Source: Patescibacteria group bacterium (lineage in GTDB: Bacteria; Patescibacteriota; Patescibacteriia; UBA9934). Taken from it: a stretch of DNA of 64,000 nucleotides. Below, in pieces: positions 27,567-36,750 of the stretch. Positions within the stretch are counted from its first letter, which is position 1. Each line of letters opens with the position of its first letter. Below the pieces are notes generated by a model. It saw only the letters and a program-made list of their open reading frames with translations. It ran no database searches and was not told the DNA's origin. Position numbers and translations under genes: made by a program. The stretch covers positions 43,290-107,289 of the forward strand of contig JBAZWW010000002.1 of NCBI GenBank assembly GCA_041660165.1, given 5' to 3'.

Positions 27567-29411
27567 TTAAACCTCGATAATCACAGGAAGCACCATTGGT
27601 CTGCGTTCCGTCTTCAGGAAGAGGAACTTGCCGAGCTCTTCGCGGATGGTTTCTTTGGCTTCTTCAGGGTCAAAGGGGATGGCGTGTTTGCCACGGAGGA
27701 TGCCCTCAATGTGTGCGCGGGTGAAGTCAATGAATTCCTTGTTGTCCTTCATGTGGAGGAACCCTCGGCTGACAATGTCAGGGGACTGCATGAGGTTGCC
27801 AGACTTTTTGTCGTACTGCGCAATGACTACGATCATGCCGTCTTCAGCCAGCGCTTGGCGGTCACGGAGCACCACCTGAGACACGTCGCCAACTCCGAGA
27901 CCGTCTACGAAGACGTAATCGGAATTCACTTTTTCGGGGGTGAGTTTGGCGTAAGAGGCGCCGTCTGAAAGCTTGCCCACTTCCACTACTTGGCCGTTAT
28001 CAGCCACAAACACGTTCTCTTCTTTCCAGCCCATGGAGTAAGCCACCTCGGCATTCTCACGCAGGAGGAAGTGGTTGCCCTCAATCGGCATGTAGTACTT
28101 GGGCTTGAAGAGAGATAGCATGAGCTTGATATCCTCTTTCATGGCGTGTCCGCCAGCATGCACGTCCATGAGGTCCTTGTGAATCACGCGAGCGCGCTTG
28201 CGGTAGAAGGTATCCTTCAAACGCTGGACTGAGGCTTCATTGCCAGGGATAACTGAGCTTGAGAAAATGACCGTGTCTTCCCGGTCTACCTTGATGAAGC
28301 GGTGCTCGTCATTGGCAATCCTCGACAAAGCTGCGCGTTTCTCACCCTGTGCGCCGGTGCAAATGATCGTTACCTTGTTTGGCGGGAGATCATTAGCCTC
28401 TTCGATCGGAATGATCGATTTTGCGCTAACTTGGATGTAGCCAAGCTCCTTGGCGATTTCTACGTTTGTTTTCATCGAGTAGCCATCAAGCGCAATCTTT
28501 CGACCGAGCTTTTCGGAAATTTCCATGAGTTGCTTCACGCGAGAGAGAAGGGAAGCGAAGGTGCCGACAATTACTCGGCCCTTGGCTTTTTCTAAGATGG
28601 CGTAGAGTTCTTCGCCAATGACCTTTTCAGATTTCTGATGTCCGGCACGGTCGGCATTGGTGGAGTCTCCCATGAGAAGCGTCACGCCGGCCTCGCCCAA
28701 ACGCGCCATTTTATGGAAGTCTGCTGGCGGAGCGCCTACCGGGTGGAAGTCGTATTTCCAGTCGCCCGTATGGCAAATGACGCCAGCGGGAGTTTCAATC
28801 ACAATGCCGGCTGAGTCCGGAATGTTGTGGTTAATGTGGAAGAAGTGCACCTTAAAAACGCCGAGCTGAAGTTCAGTATCAATGGCGATTGTTTTTACAT
28901 TGACTGTCGAGGTCGGAAAATCCGTCTGGCGCTTTTTGATGATGCCAGCGGCTACCGGAAGAGCGTAGACCGTAGGATTGCCGATGTTTTGAACCACGTG
29001 CGGAATGGCGCCAATGTGGTCATAGTGTCCGTGCGTAATAATGACTCCGCGGACATTTTTTTCTTTGCCCTTCAGATAGGACATGTTCGGGATGATGTAA
29101 TCAATTCCCGGCATGTCTTCATCAGGGAACTGAAGACCCATGTCTACCAAGATGATGTCATCCTTGTATTCAATGAGCGTACAGTTACGGCCAACTTCTT
29201 CAAGTCCGCCAAGCACGATCACCCGAACGGTGTCTCCCGAAGGGGATGAGAACGTGGTAGCGCGGGGCGCTACGGCCGGGCGGTCAACGGTTAACGGAAG
29301 CGCGGGCACCGCAATTGCGGGGCGGGCAAACGGTCGGCGCGTAGGGCGGGATGCCGTGGCGGACGTATTTGCGGGCGGTTTTGTAAACGAACTGGGTTTA
29401 AAATTTCCCAT
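27567..29411 (-). CDS. rnj: ribonuclease J
   Basis: Metallo-beta-lactamase HxHxDH (ITHGHYDHIG) and beta-CASP layout. Carries an about 60-aa low-complexity N-terminal extension. Confidence 0.85.
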   Translation of the reverse strand: MGNFKPSSFTKPPANTSATASRPTRRPFARPAIAVPALPLTVDRPAVAPRATTFSSPSGDTVRVIVLGGLEEVGRNCTLIEYKDDIILVDMGLQFPDEDMPGIDYIIPNMSYLKGKEKNVRGVIITHGHYDHIGAIPHVVQNIGNPTVYALPVAAGIIKKRQTDFPTSTVNVKTIAIDTELQLGVFKVHFFHINHNIPDSAGIVIETPAGVICHTGDWKYDFHPVGAPPADFHKMARLGEAGVTLLMGDSTNADRAGHQKSEKVIGEELYAILEKAKGRVIVGTFASLLSRVKQLMEISEKLGRKIALDGYSMKTNVEIAKELGYIQVSAKSIIPIEEANDLPPNKVTIICTGAQGEKRAALSRIANDEHRFIKVDREDTVIFSSSVIPGNEASVQRLKDTFYRKRARVIHKDLMDVHAGGHAMKEDIKLMLSLFKPKYYMPIEGNHFLLRENAEVAYSMGWKEENVFVADNGQVVEVGKLSDGASYAKLTPEKVNSDYVFVDGLGVGDVSQVVLRDRQALAEDGMIVVIAQYDKKSGNLMQSPDIVSRGFLHMKDNKEFIDFTRAHIEGILRGKHAIPFDPEEAKETIREELGKFLFLKTERRPMVLPVIIEV

Positions 29412-29527
29412 AATATCTGTCGAAACGGAGAAATAAAAATTAAGAATAATTCACTCCTGACAGTCGGCTCCCTCGAAAGGTTTCGGGAGAATCGACTGCA
29501 AGCAGTCTAGTTCGAACAAACAGTCAC

Positions 29528-29614
29528 TGGTGCGGGCGGAGAGACTCGAACTCTCAAGCCATTGCTGGCACAGGCTTCTGAGACCTGCGCGTATACCAAT
29601 TCCGCCACGCCCGC
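29528..29614 (-). tRNA. tRNA-Leu (anticodon CAG)
   Basis: 7-bp acceptor GCGGGCG/CGCCCGC, anticodon loop CUCAGAA, long variable arm, GTTCGAGTC T-loop, encoded CCA. Confidence 0.85.
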
Positions 29615-29674
29615 ATAGATTGTTCCCCTACCAAGGTATCACACTAGCATTTTAACCGCATTGCGTCAACGAGC

Positions 29675-31378
29675 TTATCTTTTGAAAACAGCCTTTGTTT
29701 TCTTGTACCACAGATTGATATTTGAAAATCGATCAGCCGGCAAATTGATGCGGGAGATATCCACGCCCTTCATCTCCGAGGTTGTCACGTAGACGTACGA
29801 AGGCTGGTAAAGGAAGGCAGCCACATGTCCGTCCGTGAGCAGTTTGCTGAGTGCAAGAAAAGCTTCATTGCGTTTTACTTCATTTGGGTTTGTTCGAATG
29901 ATGTTCATGGCGTCATCCGCTGTGCGGTTTGCAAAACCTGTGACGTTTAGGCCCGGTGAAGTTGCTTGAGAGGAATGCCAGTAAGGATAAGGATCAGGAA
30001 ACGCGCCATAAAGTTCGCTTGCTAAGAGCACATCAAAATTGCGATTTCGCAAAGCGTTTGTTTGGAGTTCATCTGAGCTCATGCCAAGGAGATTGACGCT
30101 CGCGCCCAAGAGTTCCCATTGGCGTTTGAGTTCATTGGCCGCTAGGGTAAGTTCAGCGGTTTCTGTGTAGGAGATGGCGATGGCCAACGGTTTGTCGCCC
30201 TTTATACGGACGGCGTTTCCATCTGTGAGTTTATAACCGCTCGTCTCAAGCGAGGCTACAGCGCCAGCAATGTCCGGGCCGGGGACGGAGCTTGGGGCTC
30301 CAGTCATTCCGGGGAGGAGGAGGCTTGTTATCGGCGCGCCATGTCCTCCGGTTGCGTCAAGAAGTTTTTGGCGGTCAAGGCTCTGATCAAGCGCCTTGCG
30401 GACATTTTGATCGGCCACAGCACCGGTTGACTTCAGATTGAAAAAGGCTGCCGTGTATTCGGGGATTGAGGGCCGAAGCACGGAGAGCGAATGGTCATCA
30501 GCGAGTTTTGATGCCTCCGTGAAAGGGACGGTGACCGCGCCTTCGATATTTTTATTGCGTAGAAGGTTCGGGAGTTCGTCTGTACTGCTGTAGAATTTTA
30601 ATTGGAGGGTATCAAGGTAGGGGACCCCGCGGTAAAAGTTCTTGTTTTTGGTGAGCGTGATGCTCCGGAGAGTTCCAAGATTATCTTTTGTGAGTTTTTC
30701 AAAGCGAAACGGGCCACTGCCAATGGGTTTGAGGTTTAATTCTGCTAGGCCGGCGGCGCTTGCGGGAATATTCGACCAAACCTGGGAGGGGAGGACGCCA
30801 ACGGTGAGGCTTGAAAGAAAAGGCGAGGATGGATTTGCAAGTGCGAAGGTGATGGTGCGAGCGTCCGGCGTATCAATGGTGACACCGTCAAAAGCTCCGG
30901 CAATGGGGCTATGGTATTCAGGGTTTTGGATGGCGCGAATAGTGAAGGCAACGTCTGCGGAAGTCAGTGCATCTCCATTGTGGAATTTTACATTATCTCG
31001 CAGGATGAAGGTGTAGGATTTACCATCCGGCGCCATGGCAAATGACGTGGCAAGGTCAGGCACAAGTCCATCCACTGGATCAAATCGCATGAGGCCTGAG
31101 TACACCAAGTGCGCGATATCATTATCAACATCGCTGGCGGAAGAATAGATAGGGTTAATACGGTACGGAGTTCCTGCAAGGCCTTCTGTGTAGGTTCCGC
31201 CGGATGCGGGTACTACGTCTTGATGTGCCGTGAGGAACCGGTATCCAAGGACAAAGGTTGCCAGGACGGCGATGAAAATCGCGCCCGAGGCCACACGTCT
31301 TTCTGTTTTTGAAAGAAGCCTTGGCAAATGCCAAAGCTGTCCAATGGTGGGAATACGACGATTTTTTTTGACGGACAA
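29675..31378 (-). CDS. ABC transporter substrate-binding protein, family 5 (Opp/Dpp-like)
   Basis: N-terminal TM anchor, family-5 SBP length, and a PIGSGPFRFEKL-like motif. Confidence 0.75.
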   Translation of the reverse strand: MSVKKNRRIPTIGQLWHLPRLLSKTERRVASGAIFIAVLATFVLGYRFLTAHQDVVPASGGTYTEGLAGTPYRINPIYSSASDVDNDIAHLVYSGLMRFDPVDGLVPDLATSFAMAPDGKSYTFILRDNVKFHNGDALTSADVAFTIRAIQNPEYHSPIAGAFDGVTIDTPDARTITFALANPSSPFLSSLTVGVLPSQVWSNIPASAAGLAELNLKPIGSGPFRFEKLTKDNLGTLRSITLTKNKNFYRGVPYLDTLQLKFYSSTDELPNLLRNKNIEGAVTVPFTEASKLADDHSLSVLRPSIPEYTAAFFNLKSTGAVADQNVRKALDQSLDRQKLLDATGGHGAPITSLLLPGMTGAPSSVPGPDIAGAVASLETSGYKLTDGNAVRIKGDKPLAIAISYTETAELTLAANELKRQWELLGASVNLLGMSSDELQTNALRNRNFDVLLASELYGAFPDPYPYWHSSQATSPGLNVTGFANRTADDAMNIIRTNPNEVKRNEAFLALSKLLTDGHVAAFLYQPSYVYVTTSEMKGVDISRINLPADRFSNINLWYKKTKAVFKR

Positions 31379-31497
31379 GACCTCGCGCCTAGCAAGTTCT
31401 GTAGCATCCGGAGATTCTAGTTTACGCGGATGCGACCGAGGTCCGGTACCTCGGTTTTTTGAAAATAAATGTGAAAAGGCAATTTTGGGTATAGAAA

Positions 31498-31713
31498 CTA
31501 GAACGTGAACAAAGTGTTTAGCAAGGCAACGGACAAGAATAAGACGGCCAGCACCACGGTTCCAGCGTGGAGTTTCTTTTCTACGCCCCGGCGGGTGCGG
31601 TACACGTTTCCGTCTCCGCCAAAGGCTAGGCCTGCCCCGCTTCCGCGGGCTTGGAGAAGGATAGCGGTCACCAGGAGGAGTGCTAAGGCAAGTTGGGCGA
31701 TGTTTAGAATCAT
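31498..31713 (-). CDS. secG: preprotein translocase subunit SecG
   Basis: MILNIAQLALALLLVTAILLQARGSGAGLAFGG, about 71 aa. Confidence 0.75.
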   Translation of the reverse strand: MILNIAQLALALLLVTAILLQARGSGAGLAFGGDGNVYRTRRGVEKKLHAGTVVLAVLFLSVALLNTLFTF

Positions 31714-31779
31714 ATCACGAAGAATGGTAGCAGGCCCGGCTGATTTCGTAAAGCAAACCATGGTATCCTTTGGGGGATT

Positions 31780-32505
31780 ATGATGGAGAGAGACCAATGG
31801 ATAGAGCGTGCCTTTGCTACCGCGGGAGCGGGTTTTTTCCTCTTACTTCTCGGCTTTTTCTCTTTTCGTATCTTCTCGTATTATCGGCAGATTCAGAAGG
31901 GCGAGATTGACCTTTCCGGCCTGAAGTTCTCCGCCACGGTTGTTCATGCATCTGATCTTGTGGACCTGGTGAAGACGGCCCCGGGAACCGGAGAGCTGGC
32001 CAGCAAAGACGACCCATCGCTAGGTAATCCGGACGCCAAAGTAACTGTAGTCGAGTTTGCAGATTTTGGTTGTTCATTTTCACAGCAAGAGAGCTACGTT
32101 GTCCGGGCGCTCGCCAAAGAGTTTCCTGATACGGTACGGTTCATTTACAGAGATTTTCCACTGCCTGATCTTCACCCCGGTGCGGATTTGGCCTCGGCCG
32201 GAGGAAACTGTGCCATGGATCAAGGAAAATTTTGGGAGTTTCACGATGTGCTCTATGCACATCCGGGTGAATTCACGCAGGATAATCTTGCTGGCTACGC
32301 AGAGGATGCTGGTCTTGAGGTGAACACATTCTCCTCTTGTCTTGCTTCCGGCAGATATCAAACGGAAGTAGCGAATGATCAGGTGGATGGCGTGAACGCT
32401 GGCGTGGTTGGTACTCCCACATTCTTTATTAACGGATCAAAAGTAGAAGGCGCAATCCCGTATGCCATCTTTAAAGAAGCTCTCAAGGCATTTACTCAAA
32501 ATTAG
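31780..32505 (+). CDS. DsbA-like thioredoxin-fold protein, CxxS variant
   Basis: N-terminal TM, then FADFGCSFSQQ where the canonical CxxC appears as C-S-F-S. Confidence 0.55.
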   Translation: MMERDQWIERAFATAGAGFFLLLLGFFSFRIFSYYRQIQKGEIDLSGLKFSATVVHASDLVDLVKTAPGTGELASKDDPSLGNPDAKVTVVEFADFGCSFSQQESYVVRALAKEFPDTVRFIYRDFPLPDLHPGADLASAGGNCAMDQGKFWEFHDVLYAHPGEFTQDNLAGYAEDAGLEVNTFSSCLASGRYQTEVANDQVDGVNAGVVGTPTFFINGSKVEGAIPYAIFKEALKAFTQN

Positions 32506-33946
32506 CGCCGTGGCGCTCATAGCAGCGTACGGGTTTGGCGGTGCCAAATCCGTCCAGCCAGTGTATGCGGAAACGGCTCCTGCTTGTGCGTGTTATTGTG
32601 GAACTCCGGATGCGGGTGCGGTTAAATTTTCAGCCGAGCAGGACGCCGGTGCTTGTCAGGCTTTCTGTACCAGCGTCCAGAAAGATTATCTGGGTTGTTT
32701 TCTCCCTGGATCGCAAAATCCTGAAAATGATCTGAAGTGCTGGACGCAGGATGAGTGTGCTCATTACGCTACGGATAAGATGGGCAATATCACAAAGGGA
32801 ACCTGGGGAGGTCAGAATGAAAAATGCGCCAGACCGTTGTCTAATGCTGATGTGGGATACTGTTACGCTCCCGGCCTGCCCGTTCATCTTGGGGTTCCGA
32901 TCCTTGGCACCGTTACTGTTGGTAGTTTTCCGGAATATCTGGCGCTCGTGTACAATTTTCTGTTGCCGGCCATGTCCCTCATTGCTGTCGTCATGCTCAT
33001 GATTGGCGGACTGGAATACGTGGTTTCCGGAGGAAGTTCAAAGCGGGTTGAGAAGGCAAAGACAAGGATCAAGAACGCCGTGGTAGGCCTCTTACTCCTT
33101 TTTTCCGCCTACACGATTGCGAACTTGCTAGACCCGCACCTGGTGAAGTTTGGCCAGTTGCGCGTTCCCCTGGTGAAGCAAGCGGTTCTTCTTGATCCGG
33201 CTTCTTCTTGCGAAAGTCTCCAGAATTATGGTTTTGAGGTTTCTCCCGGGGCCGGCGCTTGTGGAGAAAAGGGGGTGGTGACGAGCATTGATAACGTACA
33301 GGACGTAGCGAAGAATTCAAATGTAAAAGTGGGGAGCGAGTGTCCCTTTTTCGGATGCGATCTTGGGAGGACGTGCCTGTCCGGGGCCGATGGCAAGGGA
33401 ACGTGCGTAGCCTGTGCCGATGTGAATGCCGTGAGCGCAAGTTCCGGACTTTCCACACTTTCTCTTACGGAGGGGTTCGTGGGTCTTGCCCCAAGCGAAT
33501 ACGCCTGTTCTCAGATCCAACAAGCGACAGATAGCGCAGATCCAGATCCGAAGCATCAATATTTCTGTTCGTACGATGCCAACTATATTCATGCGTGTGA
33601 GAGCGCCGGAGCTTCTGAAGCAACGCCTTACATTGATTGTCCCGCAGATTCTACAGATGCTGGGAGTACGGATGATCCCTGTTCATTTTATGACACCGTC
33701 AATATCCTCCATCATCAGTTCGGGGAAGTATTTTATTCTAAGTCATTGGGTTCGGTCACGGGCGCTGACCTTTCTTTTGCCGCAAAGATTTGCGAGAAGG
33801 ATCCCTGCGGAGTGGCGCGGGCAAGGAACAAGACGTGTAGTTTATACGTGATCACGAACACCATATCAACGCTCGCAAATATTTTTACCGCGAACGAGGT
33901 GAATTTGACGAGTTTGCTTGACGCCCAGTGTCTCACTACGCATTAA
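32462..33946 (+). CDS. Cys-rich secreted/membrane protein with central two-helix hydrophobic hairpin (possible TrbC/VirB2-like pilin core)
   Basis: Signal-peptide-like N-terminus and about 30 Cys. A central LALVYNFLLPAMSLIAVVMLMIGG ... AVVGLLLLFSAYTIANLL pair is separated by a short basic loop. Confidence 0.5.
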   Translation: MPSLKKLSRHLLKISAVALIAAYGFGGAKSVQPVYAETAPACACYCGTPDAGAVKFSAEQDAGACQAFCTSVQKDYLGCFLPGSQNPENDLKCWTQDECAHYATDKMGNITKGTWGGQNEKCARPLSNADVGYCYAPGLPVHLGVPILGTVTVGSFPEYLALVYNFLLPAMSLIAVVMLMIGGLEYVVSGGSSKRVEKAKTRIKNAVVGLLLLFSAYTIANLLDPHLVKFGQLRVPLVKQAVLLDPASSCESLQNYGFEVSPGAGACGEKGVVTSIDNVQDVAKNSNVKVGSECPFFGCDLGRTCLSGADGKGTCVACADVNAVSASSGLSTLSLTEGFVGLAPSEYACSQIQQATDSADPDPKHQYFCSYDANYIHACESAGASEATPYIDCPADSTDAGSTDDPCSFYDTVNILHHQFGEVFYSKSLGSVTGADLSFAAKICEKDPCGVARARNKTCSLYVITNTISTLANIFTANEVNLTSLLDAQCLTTH

Positions 33947-33948
33947 AG

Positions 33949-33978
33949 CAAAAACTTCCGCGTTAGGCGGAAGTTTTT
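33949..33978. terminator. bidirectional rho-independent terminator
   Basis: AAAAACTTCCGC-gtta-GCGGAAGTTTTT between convergent genes. Overlaps the last codons of rplS. Confidence 0.65.
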
Positions 33979-34298
33979 GTGGGGACCATTTCTGTCATCT
34001 TGCGGGTGAAGCCTTTGGCAAAGGAGAGCTTAGCTCTGCGTACTCTGTACACCTTGACCGGTTCAATCTTCACAATGTTCGGGCTTGAGACCGGGAAAAT
34101 CTTTTCTACTCCAAAGCCGTTCGTTTCCTTGCGGATGGTAAAGGTCTTGGCCGTTCCGGCGCCTCTGATCACAAGAACCAGGCCTTCAAAAATCTGAACG
34201 CGCTCGCGGGTTTCCCCTTTGGCGTTCACATCTTGGATCTTTTCGTGGACGCGGAGGACGGCTCCGGGCACGATGGTTTTCATTTCGGCGTCTGTCAT
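33963..34298 (-). CDS. rplS: 50S ribosomal protein L19
   Basis: VQIFEGLVLVIRGAG...FTIRKETNGFGVEKIFP matches the L19 core. The start is set at MTDAEMK. Confidence 0.9.
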   Translation of the reverse strand: MTDAEMKTIVPGAVLRVHEKIQDVNAKGETRERVQIFEGLVLVIRGAGTAKTFTIRKETNGFGVEKIFPVSSPNIVKIEPVKVYRVRRAKLSFAKGFTRKMTEMVPTKTSA

Positions 34299-34332
34299 AC
34301 GGGCGGAAGTGTAGCGGAATGAGAAAGATACG

Positions 34333-34863
34333 TCAAGATTTTTCCACGACGCTAATGGGGGTTTCCCGGCTGGTATCAATGACCAAATCGTAATGGCTTG
34401 GGTCCTGGAAATCCACCCCGTACCACTTCTCATAGCGGGAAATGTTGCTCTCTAGGCGTTTTTCAATGACATTCTCTGCATCTTTTACTGATGAATAGAG
34501 AGGTTCGTCGGCTCTATTCGGGTTGTTTTTTCTGTCTTCAAAGACCCTTTCGGCGCCAATGGCGGGATCTACGGAGAGGAAGATTTTGACGCTCTGGGGG
34601 ATGAAATGCCAGGACAGCCAGCCATCAATAACAAAGTTATCCTCAGTTTGTCCCAGTTTCTCCTGGAAGGCATCTACGTCTTTGTCAGTAAACGCTTCGG
34701 TTTCTCCAAGTTTGTTGAATTCGTCTATAGTCATCCCGCGCGCCTCAGCCATTTTTCCGCGCATATCGCCAACGGAATATTTTTTCATCCCTAGGCGTTC
34801 CGCCAAAAGATGTTTGACCGTTGATTTTCCTGCACCAGCCAGGCCAGAGAGCGTGATGATCAT
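34333..34863 (-). CDS. cytidylate kinase-like P-loop kinase (archaeal-type (d)CMP kinase family)
   Basis: MIITLSGLAGAGKSTVKHLLAERLGMKKYSVGDMRG start. Confidence 0.65.
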   Translation of the reverse strand: MIITLSGLAGAGKSTVKHLLAERLGMKKYSVGDMRGKMAEARGMTIDEFNKLGETEAFTDKDVDAFQEKLGQTEDNFVIDGWLSWHFIPQSVKIFLSVDPAIGAERVFEDRKNNPNRADEPLYSSVKDAENVIEKRLESNISRYEKWYGVDFQDPSHYDLVIDTSRETPISVVEKS

Positions 34864-34882
34864 ATTTATATCGAGGCGGGGT

Positions 34883-35797
34883 TTAAACCCCGCTTTTGCG
34901 TTTGAGAGATGCGAGCGCTTCCGTGAGTTCTTTGGGGAGAGGGGCCTTCACGGTTTTTGTTTCGCCGTTTGGCAACTCGACAGTGAGCGATCGAGCATGC
35001 AGGAAAAGACGATCAAGCTTGATCGGTTTTATGTCTTTTCTGACGTAGAGAGTATCACCGGCCACGGGATGCCCGATGGCAAAGAAGTGCGCGCGAATTT
35101 GGTGCGTGCGTCCCGTTTCGATTTTTACGTCAAGCAAAGTTCCAACCGTATATCGGCCGATAACCTCGTAATGGGTAATTGCCGATTTGCCTTCTTGGGA
35201 CAGCGGTCTGGCGGCCATGCGAGCGCGAGTAGTTGAGCGAGCGATAGGGAAGTCGATCGTCCCCTGATTCTCTCGTACTGCTCCCATGACAAACACGGTG
35301 TAGTGCTTTTCCGTCAGTCGGCGAGCGAACTGTTGCTTGAGCCACTTGAAAGCTTTATCTGTTTTTGCAGCTACAAGCACTCCGGATGCGTCTTTGTCCA
35401 GGCGGTGCACGATTCCGGACCGGCCCTCAACCGCTCCCGCCTTTTTCATTTTGGGCGAGTGTTTGAGCAGGGAGTCAAGGAGAGCAAGCCCTTCCTGACC
35501 GGTTGCTCGATGCACCAGAACTCCAGACGGCTTATTTACGAAGATGACATCATCATCTTCAAAAAGAATGTCCAGTTTTGGCAAATCTGTCTTGCTGATC
35601 TTCTTTTTTGCCTCTTTGATTACTTCAACATGATCCTCTGGCGTGACCTCAAGATGGGCGGAAACCTTCTTTCCCTTCACGGTTATTAGGCCTTCTTTGA
35701 TGAATTTCTGGACTTGTGAACGGCTAATGCCAAGCGTGGACGCAAGAGCGATATCAAGCCTGGTTGGCGAATCAATTGTGAGAACGGTAGGTTTCAT
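34883..35797 (-). CDS. RluA-family pseudouridine synthase (RluD-like, with S4 domain)
   Basis: HRLDKDASGVLVAAKTD catalytic motif, with an S4-like N-terminus. Confidence 0.85.
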   Translation of the reverse strand: MKPTVLTIDSPTRLDIALASTLGISRSQVQKFIKEGLITVKGKKVSAHLEVTPEDHVEVIKEAKKKISKTDLPKLDILFEDDDVIFVNKPSGVLVHRATGQEGLALLDSLLKHSPKMKKAGAVEGRSGIVHRLDKDASGVLVAAKTDKAFKWLKQQFARRLTEKHYTVFVMGAVRENQGTIDFPIARSTTRARMAARPLSQEGKSAITHYEVIGRYTVGTLLDVKIETGRTHQIRAHFFAIGHPVAGDTLYVRKDIKPIKLDRLFLHARSLTVELPNGETKTVKAPLPKELTEALASLKRKSGV

Positions 35798-35884
35798 TGG
35801 AAAATCCTACCACGCTTGATCTAAATGGTAAAATAGAGTAATCTTAGCCCTGTCTGTGAATCGAAATTTAGACGGTTTTTGCCT

Positions 35885-35961
35885 GGATCCGTAGCTCAGT
35901 TGGTTAGAGCGCCGAGCTTATACCTCGGTGGTCCCTGGTTCGAGCCCAGGCGGATCCACCA
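35885..35961 (+). tRNA. tRNA-Ile (anticodon UAU)
   Basis: GGATCCG acceptor, AGCTCAGTTGGTTAGAGC D-arm, anticodon loop CUUAUAC, GGTTCGAGCCC T-arm, encoded CCA. Confidence 0.8.
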
Positions 35962-35967
35962 GAACAT

Positions 35968-36127
35968 TATGATTTTCATCCCCTTCCTCACCTTATTTCT
36001 TGCCGTATTTTTTGCTATCCTTGGTTCACGGCAGGAAAACCAGCTGTTTAAGACTTTTGCGGTTGTCCTGGCAATATCCGCCATTGGCGCGTCCATTGTG
36101 GTCTATCTGGCGTATTCCGCCCTCTAA
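35968..36127 (+). CDS. small membrane protein, hypothetical
   Basis: 52 aa, two hydrophobic helices, immediately after the tRNA. The track ORF 35879..36127 overlaps the tRNA and is trimmed. Confidence 0.3.
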
Positions 36128-36132
36128 GAGCT

Positions 36133-36540
36133 ATGCCCCACGAACCTCTCGGATTTTTGCTCGTCCTGGCGCTTCTGTGGTTTGTGTCCTTCTGGATCCT
36201 TGGCGGGGTCATCTTTGCGATTATTGGTTTAGTCCGCTTTTTACGCCTGAACAAAAACCGGTTTAGCTGTCTCTTCACTATCCTTTCAGCTCTCACCGGC
36301 TTTGGCGCTGCTTGGATGGGCCTTCTGGCTGCCCGGGCAAACGATGCTGAGGGCTGTCTTGATAACTCTACTACCTTCACTGGCATCACCCAGTTTTTCC
36401 CAAACCTTTTTTCCTGTTCTTCTCAGGAAGTGCTGTATTCAGCCGGCCTCTGGTTCCTCTTCCTCATGGCCGCCGGCATTGTCCTCCTCTTTTTCTCCCG
36501 CGCCCCAGAGCGCCCAAGGGATATGCATGGGAATGATTGA
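36133..36540 (+). CDS. membrane protein, hypothetical
   Basis: Four predicted hydrophobic segments. Confidence 0.4.
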   Translation: MPHEPLGFLLVLALLWFVSFWILGGVIFAIIGLVRFLRLNKNRFSCLFTILSALTGFGAAWMGLLAARANDAEGCLDNSTTFTGITQFFPNLFSCSSQEVLYSAGLWFLFLMAAGIVLLFFSRAPERPRDMHGND

Positions 36541-36579
36541 CAGTGGTTATGTTCGATCGTACACTCCGTTAGCAAAATT

Positions 36580-36657
36580 GGGGTGTATAGCGCAGTTGGT
36601 TAGCGCGTTTCCTTGACATGGAAAAGGTCGGAGGTTCGAGTCCTCCTACACCCACCA
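36580..36657 (+). tRNA. tRNA-Val (anticodon GAC)
   Basis: Acceptor GGGGTGT/ACACCC, anticodon loop UUGACAU, GGTTCGAGTCC T-arm, encoded CCA. Confidence 0.8.
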
Positions 36658-36661
36658 AAGA

Positions 36662-36689
36662 GTCCCACTAAACGGTGGGATTTTTTGTT
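36662..36689 (+). terminator. rho-independent terminator
   Basis: GTCCCAC-taaac-GGTGGGA followed by TTTTTT. Confidence 0.6.
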
Positions 36690-36750
36690 TGAAAGAAACC
36701 CCGCCTTCTGCTGTAGTATAAGTGTCCCGTCAGTACGGGGCTTTGCGCAT

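Noticed and set aside
29430-29680. Possible integrated element next to tRNA-Leu(CAG)
   Set aside because: No integrase, no direct repeat of the tRNA 3' end, and flanking genes (RNase J, SBP) are housekeeping.
31428-31455. Plus-oriented hairpin with T-run (CCGAGGT-ccggta-CCTCGG TTTTTT) between two minus-strand genes
   Set aside because: No plus-strand gene lies upstream for it to terminate. On the minus strand the U-run precedes rather than follows the stem. It could mark a small antisense RNA but there is no other support.
35879-36127. Track ORF beginning inside tRNA-Ile
   Set aside because: The first 83 nt are the tRNA. Only the downstream 52-codon membrane-protein-like part (35968..36127) is kept, at low confidence.
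36613-36750. N-terminal extension of the sigma-factor ORF
   Set aside because: The extension overlaps tRNA-Val and its terminator. The start was moved to the ATG at 36751.
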